Positions 52,191 through 64,000 of a stretch of DNA of 64,000 nucleotides are shown here, piece by piece (positions within the stretch are counted from its first letter, which is position 1; every line of letters begins with the position of its first letter). The stretch lies in the NCBI RefSeq assembly GCF_001194135.2, contig NC_068993.1, positions 3,626,986 through 3,690,985 of the forward strand, in the 5' to 3' direction. Position numbers and translations under genes: made by a program. The notes below the pieces were generated by a model. It ran no database searches and was not told the DNA's origin. It was given only the letters and a program-made list of their open reading frames with translations. Source of the DNA: Octopus bimaculoides (taxonomy: Eukaryota).

Positions 52191-53274
52191 GCTTGAGAAC
52201 GTACGTAATCGTAATTTTATTACTTTAAGGGATTTAACATTTGCGTGTAACATAAAAGTTCTTTCACTTTCGGACTGTCTGCGACTGATCACACCTTTGT
52301 TATCAATGTTTTTACCAGGTACAAGTCATGTACTTAGTTTAGATTTTACTGACTTCTGTACAAACACACACATATACACACATGTACTCACACACAGACT
52401 CACACACAGACTCACACACAACCACTGACACTCACATACACACACACATATGTGTGTATCTATAAATGTATATGCATATAAATATGTACCTCTATATGTA
52501 CATATATGCGTGTGCGTGTGTGTGTCATTGTGTTTATGTATATGTGTATGTAGTTATCTCACGTCCTGGCTTCACTTCAGATATATATATATATGCATGT
52601 ATGTATATATGAATATATGAAAATAAAAATAATGTTCAGCAATTCCTATGATTAGATACAATGGATCATAATCTACAGGGTGAAGAGTCATTTCATCTTA
52701 CCTTGTACAGAGAACGTCTGAAAATAATAACTGCAAAATGTACAGCAATATTGGAGTGGAGATGACAGAAACTTATTGAAAAGGCAGATCAATTGTTACG
52801 ACCTATAATGATTATAGAATGGTCACAGACATTATCTAACGAATGCCAATAACGGTTGCTTTCTTTTTATCAATATTTTTTTACTCGTTTTGTTTCTCTT
52901 TTTCTTTTCTTATTTTTACTTTTCACTATTTGAGGTTATAACAACAAGAACATAAGGAAAGAAAAATTGTAATATCATTGTAGTCGATATTCATAATCGT
53001 CCGCTGTATTGAGACTGAATATATAAATTAGAAAGCCTTCTAATATGGCTGCTGCGGAGAAAATATCGAAAGACGTCGTTTGGCTTATTTTCTTTCTTCT
53101 TTCCTCACATTTTTTATTATTTATAAGATGGCAAAGAACATTACAGTCTTAACCTCGTTTGCAATTACACCAATGGACTCTACTACTCGCTGCTAGTGTC
53201 TTCTTCGGGATGAAAGAAACTGTTTTTAAACTAGGACACCTCTTTCATATGTATGCACTCATGAAGCATATACA

Positions 53275-53324
<50 letters not shown>

Positions 53325-53394
53325 TCGGATACTAATTAATCAGACCTCGTATATGCACACAGATGAATTCTACAAAGCCATGGAATCACTCACT

Positions 53395-53662
53395 ACTCCT
53401 ACTGGAGCTCCTTTACCTGCGACAATGAGCGTTCCAGCTGATCCAATCAACGAAACAGACGCTCATTCCCCTCAACGTATTTCTCTGGGAGATTCAGCGC
53501 CACACAGAACGGCCCTTTGAATCATATGTACAACTCATTGTTGCTGAGTGAAGTGGAGCAATGTGAAATAAGGTGTCTCGTTCAAGAACACAACTCGCTA
53601 CCGGGAATCGAACTCACCACCTTACGACCGTGGACCGATTACTCCTAACCATCTCCACTACC
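53395..53662 (-). mobile_element. tRNA-derived SINE with CORE-like domain and family-C-type tail
   Basis: Reverse complement: head GGAGATGGTTAGGAG...GAGTTCGATTCCCGG (B-box); CORE-like GTGTTCTTGAACGAGACACCTTATTTCACATTGCTCCACTTCACTCAGC...AATGAGT; tail CTGAATCTCCCAGAGAAATACGTT...GTTGATTGGATCAGCTGGAAC. Confidence 0.8.
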
Positions 53663-56047
53663 GCAACCAAGAAAATGTACATGTGGTCAGACAGGATGCT
53701 AGAAATCACAGGGAAGTCTCTTTCTAAATGAGACCTCTCATTCTTAAGAATTGGAATATTCATTAGATATTGTAGTCTGCAAAATTAGATATTATGTCTG
53801 CAAAAAGTTGAGGATCGTTATGGTTGAATTGTATGACATCATATGTCTGCTTAATCACAAATATTCTAAATATGAAAAGCAAGAACAACAACAAGGCGAC
53901 TATAATCAATTACCATCACCAGCTTTACCAGAGTCTTCATTTGCACCACCCAAGTCTCGTTCTAACATACGAAATAAAGCAAAACAGAAAATATATTGAA
54001 ATTCTAAAAAAGACTGCGTGTATTGTGATGGGTTGCGGGGAAGTTAAATGCCTCGTTCGTTATTGGTGGTTGTGTAAAATTCTCCCGTTTGACTCTTTAT
54101 TCTTCTGCATCAATTAAGCCTTTATATCGTGCGTAAAGCGGGGGCACCATGTTGATTAAAGCCAGCTGGGTCAACAAGACGCAATCGTCTGTATATGTTT
54201 GTGTTGTTTGTACGTTGTCTGTGTTATTTATTTCGTTTATTTTTTTGTCAAAGCTAAATGGTATAAATATGTGGAATTGTATGTGGAGCGGAGAACAGTG
54301 AGCGATAAATTGAAGAATAAAAAATGGTAAATCTGCAACAGATGAGATAGCATTTCGGGGGTGAGCGGACTGAAGATGAAAAGTAATATGAACATCATGA
54401 TAGATAGTGGAGTATGAGAAAAAGCTAGTGCCCCTCCCCCCGATTAACTGGCTCAGAAATTTCTATCTATCTATCTATCTATCTATCTATTTGTCTGTCT
54501 CTCTATTTATCTGCCTGTCTATCTATATTTCTTTCTTTCTGTTTCTCTGTACACACACACAAACACACACAGACACACAGACACACTTGTATATACATGC
54601 AAATTTCATGTCATATTCAAGTTGTATAAAATGGCTGTGATATTACTGTACCTGTGTTAATTACTTTCAAATTCTTATATTTACTTTAAATTCTCCTGTC
54701 TTATATCTTGATGCGAAATGCTGACAAAATAAAATACGTGAACATGTAACAAAGATTCAAACTCGTTTCGAAATGTCATGCGCCGGATATTATTTTTCGT
54801 TTCTTGTAATATTTTGGTGAAATCCTCTCGGTCCCATATTTTTTCCACCTCTGATTTCGATAAAGCCAAAAGATATATAAATACGTGTGTATGTGTGTGT
54901 GTGCGTGTGTATGTGTGTGTGCGTGCGCGCACGCGCGCGTATCTCTTCAACACTTCCTAACAGCGTAATTCCCTTTTAATTTTTACAAGTGTTACTGGAT
55001 ACTTTCGATGTGTACTTTGTCTCATCCGCACAAATGTGTGTGTGCGTGCGTGTGCGCGCGTGACAACACGTGCACACACATATTTGAGGGGACACAATCA
55101 GCAGGACACTGACGAGATCATATCCGACCATGAGGTGGTTCAATTACCACTGATATCGATATAAATTTGACACGTATTCATTAATTGGTGATTGAAACCA
55201 TGGCCCCTATTGCCATTTACTGTCATAAGAAACATAATACGGTGCCAAGCTGAATGTTCAGAGGTAAATGATAAGAAACAAATCGTGTCAAATTTAACAA
55301 CTGTACGGGGTGAAGCGGAACATGCTAAAGCGTGTAGGGGGTAATGTGAATGTAGAATAGAAGACAATTACTCCATGGGAGGAAATATTGAGTTGGATTG
55401 TTTGCAACCCAGCAGGAGAAGATGCTTGGTAATTATCAATATACAAGTTCTAGCGACAGATATTGAAACATGTTAACAAGTGTTAACCATTATTCTTCCT
55501 AGAATTCGGAATTACAAGCAACTGTAGACAAAAAGAAACAGAAAATATAATGTAAGTTAAGGTTAGCGATTCCTACCTCCCGGAACGAATTGTATTCACA
55601 TGCCAGAAAGACGAAGAATATATATTTTTTCTTTAGAAGAAAAGCACTGTCAGTTGCTGGTAAAGAAATTAAAATATAGATAATACCTCTTGTTTTCTGC
55701 ACAGGATGTTCGTTTCTCAATTTTCGTGTGGCACCAAAGAGAAACACATGGTATCATTTGTTCGTTGTCTATGCTCACACTAGATCTGGCTGTTCATATC
55801 ATCATGCACCTATTATTTCCTTACAAAGTATTTGTTGGCTNNNNNNNNNNACAAAGATATATAACATGTGTGTACAGAGATATTTGTATGCATGTGCATT
55901 TGCCTTGTGCTTCGTTAAAAAAAAATCTACTGATTATACCCTTAATGCACCAAACATTTGTTGATCTGTGCGCGACATCTGTACGTCACGCTAACCATGT
56001 GTGGTCTGTTGTGTCCTAGAATACATACGTAGATACATCCATTTATG

Positions 56048-56102
<55 letters not shown>

Positions 56103-56849
56103 GGAGGAGAGAGAGAGATAGATAAACATGCACCTATGCATAAAACATGATATACATATAATATATATACATACACACAGACACACATATCTATATATGT
56201 ATGAACACACATACACTCATACTTGCATACATACACACAAACACTCACACATATATTACACATACATACATACATACATACATACATACATACATACATA
56301 CATACATACAGAGGTGGAGAGGAGACAGACAGACATTAAGACGGACAGACGTTTATGCCGTACCTTGCTTCAGGTTGAATATATCTTATGCTTCTTTCTT
56401 GATATATTTGTAAATATAATTGTTATATAATTTTGCTCGTGACGTTATTATACAATAGTTTCACAAATATCTCGTTCGCTGAGTTATTCTGGTCGGTAGA
56501 GACTGTTTAGTCTTCACACTAATAACTTGACTAGAAGGAAAAAAAAGAACATTTGTTCTTTTTAAGTTTTATGTTCTAAATGAATTGAAAGAAACGTTTA
56601 ATGTTGCTGGTGATGTTGCGCAAAATAATACAAATCCACCACCTACTGAGATGTAATAGACACAAATGGATTCCATATTTAGGCAAAAGTTTGTATAATT
56701 ATGAAGAAGTTATGTAATGTTCATTGTTTTCTATAATATAGAAGAATAATAATTGTTATCGGTGATGTTGTTTACGATCAGGCATTTATTGATTGACCAA
56801 AACACTATGAATCTGTGCGAGACATGAGGACATTGTCTAAATAGTTTCC

Positions 56850-57010
56850 TGACATCCTGGAGCAGGCAAGGGCAATGTTTTTTGAGACGCGGACTGCATG
56901 AGATGTCGCTCATCACCAGACGTGTCTCTCTATTAATACGATCTCAGGCATGTCATTCACAAAGTCTCTCGAGCCGCAGGTTGCCACGAGTGGTCTAGTG
57001 TCTTGCGAAA
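56850..57010 (+). pseudogene. Possible Tc1-like transposase N-terminal remnant
   Basis: EQARAMFFETRTA*DVAHHQTCLSINTISG and a frameshifted SSRRLPRVV loosely recall Tc1 ERAIGML...RDVARHF...STISRL...RSGRPRVT. No TIR found. Confidence 0.25.
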
Positions 57011-57202
57011 TTTTGTAATTGTTAGAAAGCTGGCAATCTAGCATGGCTGACTGGACATTAAATCTATCTGGGCGACATTTGCCTTTAGCAAAGGGGTGGT
57101 ATACCAGAGACTTACTGGTCACAAATTTTTAATTGCTTCAATTGTGTGACAGTTTCCCTCCTTGTCTCACACTATCTCTCTCTGTGTTCCCCTCTCTTTT
57201 TC

Positions 57203-57284
<82 letters not shown>

Positions 57285-57831
57285 TTTCTCTCTCTCTCTC
57301 ACGCTCTCTCTATTTCTTACATAACTGCACAATCACGTAAGCTCTAAATATGCATGTAGGCAAACATTTGCATATATATTTTCACACATAGAGAGAATAA
57401 AACAAACACGTGCACAAACAAGAGAAACACACACACACACATACAACTGACATGAAAAACAATTACATTCTATTATCGAATATTTCCTCACCATAATCCT
57501 CCCCATCCCCCTCTCCCTCCTCATTATCATCATCATTATGATGGTCGTTTCTATTGTCACCACAATTATAATCATCAACCTATTCTTTACCATAACAGCA
57601 GAAAGAACCACAAAACACTTTGAAACTGATGAGGCAGTGCATGGAATCATTTTACGGTAGAGAAAATTCTCTGATCTCACATCTCTTAGATTGTGTTTTA
57701 TCTGCATATCGTTGCCCTAATTCCTCTAACAAATAATATCAACTTCAATCAATCAAGATGGTTCATGTGTTTTCCCAAGTGTACAACCTCATCAGTGAGC
57801 ATCACCATTCTATCCCCGAATATAGTGTATG

Positions 57832-57868
<37 letters not shown>

Positions 57869-58446
57869 NNNNNNNNNNNNNNNNNNNNNNNNNNNNNNNN
57901 NNNNNNNNNNNNNNNNNNNNNNNNNNNNNNNNNNNNNNNNNNNNNNNNNNNNNNNNNNNNNNNNNNNNNNNNNNNNNNNNNNNNNNNNNNNNNNNNNNNN
58001 NNNNNNNNNNNNNNNNNNNNNNNNNNNNNNNNNNNNNNNNNNNNNNNNNNNNNNNNNNNNNNNNNNNNNNNNNNNNNNNNNNNNNNNNNNNNNNNNNNNN
58101 NNNNNNNNNNNNNNNNNNNNNNNNNNNNNNNNNNNNNNNNNNNNNNNNNNNNNNNNNNNNNNNNNNNNNNNNNNNNNNNNNNNNNNNNNNNNNNNNNNNN
58201 NNNNNNNNNNNNNNNNNNNNNNNNNNNNNNNNNNNNNNNNNNNNNNNNNNNNNNNNNNNNNNNNNNNNNNNNNNNNNNNNNNNNNNNNNNNNNNNNNNNN
58301 NNNNNNNNNNNNNNNNNNNNNNNNNNNNNNNNNNNNNNNNNNNNNNNNNNNNNNNNNNNNNNNNNNNNNNNNNNNNNNNNNNNNNNNNNNNNNNNNNNNN
58401 NNNNNNNNNNNNNNNNNNNNNNNNNNNNNNNNNNNNNNNNNNNNNN

Positions 58447-58505
<59 letters not shown>

Positions 58506-60277
58506 ATTTATATATTTTGGTTAGGATGAATTAACTACACATGGAGTAAAAAACGTGAACTCTGAACCTGATTTCGTTCTTGAACCAATTAGCACCGCAA
58601 ATTGAAATACTGCAATCAAAAAACAAAACTGGGCGGTACAGTGAATCTCTATTCTTGAAGCTCATTTTTATCCCAGAAATTCATTACTTTAACAAATATA
58701 TTACAAATTTTCACGCTGAAGAATTCAGGATTATTTGCTTATCATCTGTTCGACAGTGTTTTCTACCACTAACACATAATTTTATTGAATTTTAGTGAGA
58801 CAATATTTCAACTAATCGATATCGTCTCACTTTTCTCTTTGTCTCCTGGGTCCAATCCAACCGAGCTGAAGTCTTCTATATCTCCTCTCTGCGGTCGATA
58901 CATAAATTATAACAGTTTTACTCACAATGTCTCTATGAAACTATCTTTCTGTCTATTTATCTATTTATGTACATTTCTCATAATAATATACCTGGAATTG
59001 TGAGGCCCAGTTATTCACACGCAGTCATGCTGATTCGGCTTTAGCATTATGTTAGGTTTACTTGTGACTAGGGTTCTAACCTAGTAGTTCCCATAGCTCC
59101 TATGATATTGTCAACATATGTTTCTGTTTTAAGATATGCGACACGATTATGAAAAGATTTTGTTATCATTTCTTTCAATCTGAAATGTTTCGAAACAACT
59201 AAATAGTTTTACGACAGTCTAGAATCCCTCAAAATTACCACGCTCTGAAACCATTGACTCGACCACTTGCATCTCGATTATAGAAATAATACTTTCGGTG
59301 GTTGAATAGCTGCTAATTCACTGGTTCACTTGTCCGAAAAGAAACATGCAGAAATATACACAACTATCGAAATAATTGCATGTAAATTTCTAGCTTATTT
59401 AACACTGATAATATATTTTCATTTCTTGATATTCGCTTTATTGATGTATAAGTAAATTATTGAAAAGAATGCACGGCCTTATGTTTTATTTTCTTCGATA
59501 GCATTTTTACCACTGTGCTCTTATAATGCTGCGTGAGTAATGTATGAAAATGTATTGAGAAACAGATATAGGGCTAAGAGATATTTGTCTTAAGGTGACT
59601 GGGAATGTTGATTTCGTCCCAACCGATTACGATCCAATATTTACTCCATATTCCGACCAAAATAAACCAATGATGATATTTCAATATTTCATATAAATTA
59701 AATGCGCTCAAAATAGCTCAATTACATGTTGAAGATCCACCATACACTGCGCGAGTTCAAATTTCCTCTACTCTATATGGCTTTCGAAAATTGACATTAA
59801 TAAACAGTCTTCAACTAAACGGATTCACGTCTATACAACTACATATTAGTTTCCCAGGCACTATTATGACATTCTTCACTATTTAACTCCGTCTAATAAA
59901 ATATTGCACCCTTCGAACTCACTGAAATAAATAACAGTTGAGAGTATGGCTCATTGAAAGTTTAAGAGACAAGGAACCGCTGTTTGGGACGTCACACAAA
60001 ACATTCACGCGCACGCACAATATGACAGTGTGATTTCGGAAGTGTATTAACACACACATATCAACGCAGAAGCGGAGATACACGCAGCTGTTACCGAAAA
60101 GTTAATTGCAAGATTATATTTGTATATACAGACACACAAATGCAAGATTTTGTGTGTATGTGTGTGTGTAAATACACACCTACACACACTCACATACATA
60201 CATACGTATATATCTTACTTCTTCTTTGCCTGTCCTTCTCTTTTCGCGTCTTCCTTCTCCTCCTTTCTCTTTCTTTC

Positions 60278-60326
<49 letters not shown>

Positions 60327-60653
60327 GCCTGTGTGTATGATTACGCAGACATCTATTTAGCCAAAAATTCACACTTATATTTTATAGCTATGAGGCCATT
60401 AGCCAAATCCTCTAAAAGATTTAGTTTAGGTCTATGTAAAAGCGTAAGTATATATATATTTTTGTATGTATGTATATATATATATATATTCATATATATA
60501 ACATAATATATATCTATAATATAATATATAAATATATATAATATATGCGCATAATATAATATATATACATATATATAAATATATATATATAATATTATAT
60601 AATGCAATATATAACATAGTATGATATGATATATATATATATATATATATATC

Positions 60654-60685
<32 letters not shown>

Positions 60686-61088
60686 TGCGTGTGTGTGAGT
60701 TTATATATACAGAGAGACGTATAAAGAGATGAACACGAACATAGCACTTCATTATTTGTTGACACATCCTAATTGGAGAATCTTTTTTTTTCCCCATTTA
60801 CACAGACATTATCGCACCATCTACAGTCCTCATCCATTTACCACCAACCACGGCATCACCATTTATACATTTCCTTGCTCTAGGGCAATACTCCCTCGAG
60901 GCGTTAAAAACATCAGAAAATCACGATGTTTGTATACATACCCGCAGCAGAGACTTTTAGTGGGAATACTCGATACAGTTGGTTCAAATTATTCCAGAGA
61001 ACAGATGTCTTGGTACTATTGCTTTTTTACGAATATATACATATGTATGTGTAATGTGTGTATGTGTGTGCATGTGTGTATAAGTGTG

Positions 61089-61142
<54 letters not shown>

Positions 61143-61149
61143 ATCTTTT

Positions 61150-61285
61150 ATTCTTCTGCTGTGAACGACACTGCGGTCCAGCTGGAGCACTTCTTAAATC
61201 TGGGATTTATTCAATCGGTCTCTTTTTCTAAAGTGCTTAGTTACGGGGACTTAAACCAACTACACAGACAAACATACATGCCTAT
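61150..61285 (-). mobile_element. Old tail fragment of the composite SINE
   Basis: ACTGCGGTCCAGCTGGAGCAC...TTTATTCAATCGGTCTCTTTT...TTAGTTACGGGGAC matches 38438-38556. Confidence 0.65.
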
Positions 61286-61352
61286 GCATGTAAATGTGTG
61301 AGTAAATGTATATATATATATATATGTGTGTGTGCGTGTGTGTGAGTGAGTA

Positions 61353-61437
<85 letters not shown>

Positions 61438-61713
61438 CAATGCCTGGAAGCGTATATATTATTATGCTAAAAGTAGCACATGGAGGTAGCTCTGAGACTC
61501 TGGTCTCGTTTATTTCAATACATTACCTGACTCTTCTACACGTGTTTTGAAATACATCTTGGAGGGTCTGACGCGGTATGCGGAGAGACTTTTTGAACAC
61601 CGTGTGTGTGTGTGTGTGTTTGTGTGTGGGTGTGTGTATATATGTATGTATGTATATGTATGTACNNNNNNNNNNNNNNNNNNNNNNNNNNNNNNNNNNN
61701 NNNNNNNNNNNNN

Positions 61714-61771
<58 letters not shown>

Positions 61772-63089
61772 TATTTGTCTATCTATCTGCAAGCAAGTAA
61801 GTAAATGCATATGCTTGATATTACATGTATTTTTTACTTCATCGAAAAAGAAAGCTATCAAAATACGAGGAACAACACAGAGCAACGTCAACCATCAATT
61901 GAAACGGTATCCCTTCAATGGCGCTGCTAAGCACTTTTAAATATATATCGCAACTATGCACAACTATGCATTTTTCGATCCTCCAAAATGTCAGACATGC
62001 GTGCCTAATCAAAGCATATGAAAAAAATAACCTGGTAAAAAAAAATCAGGTGCTTATGCACTGAGAGACATTTCTGAAAAGAGAGATGGGCGACAAGAGA
62101 ATAGAGAACAACGTCCATTATTTAGTTTTGAATGTAATCGTTTGATGTATGTTTACGAAGACGGCTGATAACGGAGTTCACATATCAACAACCCAGCTAA
62201 TCAACATATAGAGCCAATGTCTGAACCTGGCTATGTCTGTGTATGAGCATTGTGTGTGTATGTGTGTGTGTATGTAAGGAGTGCGCGTGTGTGTGAACGT
62301 GTGTCTGTAATTATTTAATACCAATTTAACCTATTCATTATTGCAATTCTGATGGTCGTGCTTCAACCCTTATATTTACCATTCTATGTACATAGCCATG
62401 TGCATATACACACGCATAAACACACGCGTACGCATGTATATATGCATGCCTTGTAACCATGTATACACATAAATGTTTGTTTGCTATTCATGCATATATA
62501 TTTACGTGTTTCTGTGTTGTGCATATACACACACACACGCATATATATATATATATATATATATATAACTGTGCACTGTTGTTGTGCAAGTTACGCTGAA
62601 ATCTCGCTAGCGTTTCGTACTTCACTGCTTTTCTTAAGCGAGTCCGTTTAAATAACAAATTATGAATATACCCGGAAAAAAGACGAACAATTGTAGCCCT
62701 GATGGCTGGATGTCAATACATTTGAAAAGAAATACAACAGTGTAGTAAAGATAATAAATTATATCGATCATGATTTGTTTTGTTAGTTTGCACTGATGTA
62801 ACATAACTACTTTATTTGAAATATTGAAGAATGACTCACCAAGTTGCCCATCTGGTGCAGAAGCATTCGCTTCAATAGATGTCTGATTATACAGAATATT
62901 TGAGTCAGCAATTTAAAAAAGTTCATTGCACTCTGTTGTAACAAACAGGTTGATAACTTTGCAAAGTATAGACTGTAATATTGTGATTCTTAAAAATCTC
63001 CAAAGAGAGATGGTCTTGTAAGTTTTTGATGACTGTATTTTATTTTTTTTATCTTGATTTCCCTCCTACTTAATATTTTCGGAATCCCA

Positions 63090-63500
63090 AGGTAACGAGC
63101 TGATAGAGTCGTGAGCATGCCGGACAAAATGCTTAGCGGCATTTCGTCCGTCTTTACTTTCTGAGTTAACACACCGCCGGAGCCGACCTGTTTTCTCTTC
63201 CTTTGTGGGTCAATAAAATAAGCGGCGAGCTGGCAGAATCGTTAGCACGGCAGGCGAAATGCTTAGCGTTATTTCGCCTGCCGTTACGTTCTGAGTTCAA
63301 ACTTCCCCAAGGCCTTTCATCCTTTCTGGGGTCGATTAAATAAGTACCATTTACGCACTGGAATCGATGTAATCGATTTAATCCCTTTGTCTGTCCTTGT
63401 TTATCCCCTCCATCTTTACCCCCCTGTTGGCAATAAAGAAATAAATTAAAAAAGTACCAGTGGAACACTGGTGTCGATGCAATCCACTTACACCCATCAG
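63090..63500 (+). mobile_element. Nested family A SINEs (younger tail-b copy at 63222-63447 inside an older copy)
   Basis: The older copy breaks at GGGTCAATAAAATAAG and resumes at AAGTACCAGTGGAACACTGGTGTCGATGCAATCCACTTA after a complete second copy. Confidence 0.85.
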
Positions 63501-64000
63501 GCAAAACGAATTTCATTGTTTAGTCTTTAAGAATTACGTTCCAGCCTGGGTCCTGTTAACTTCAACTTTAACATTCATCCCTCCGAGCTGATTTACCAAG
63601 GACTCGGGGACATTTAACTGTCATATTGAGAGAGAGAGAGTGAGAGAATGAGTGTGTGTGTGCGTGCACGCGTGCCTGCGTGTGTGTGTGTTTCTCACCC
63701 ACAATGTTACTTATATTTGTCATTTTGGGTGATTGTATTGGTTTTTAAACTCTAATTTCTTAAAAGAATATACTCTTTTCTTGTAATCTGGAAAGAGAGA
63801 AATATTGCTAACCAATCACTACACCCGGTAACCCTCACCCACACTGCTTTTATGAATTGTATATTCGTTAAGTGTTTAAGTTAGCGTGTAACTTATGAGT
63901 TTATTTTAGGATATACCATGTATTTTAGTCTACAGTCTACGTTGCTTATTTTATAGTATATGCACTTATATTTTTAAAAGATCATATATCATAGCTGTTT

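Overview
AT-rich, microsatellite-dense eukaryotic DNA with about 15 assembly gaps, nearly all next to (TA)n/(CA)n/(TATG)n runs. The SINE families, decayed transposons and simple-repeat load point to an octopus/coleoid cephalopod genome (inference, not database-checked). I cannot support any intact protein-coding gene, tRNA, rRNA or CRISPR array. Almost all ORFs in the supplied track are translations of microsatellites, N-gaps or repeat antisense strands. The window reads as intronic or intergenic DNA. It carries at least 18 copies or fragments of tRNA-derived SINEs from several modular families, plus fossils of an R4/Dong-clade LINE, a CR1/L2-type LINE endonuclease, a Ty3/Gypsy integrase, Tc1/mariner, Penelope-like elements and a Helentron/HINE-like element. 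Most worth following up: (1) a decayed minimal type I hammerhead ribozyme in a Penelope-like remnant; (2) two retroelements stacked in one (TAA)n microsatellite; (3) a composite SINE joining a CORE domain to a second SINE domain across an internal microsatellite; (4) inverted SINE pairs that could form ADAR substrates; (5) small splice-flanked candidate exons on the minus strand, some phase-compatible; (6) a 20-bp-period AGTTCA motif array. None of this demonstrates a new biological system; these are leads.
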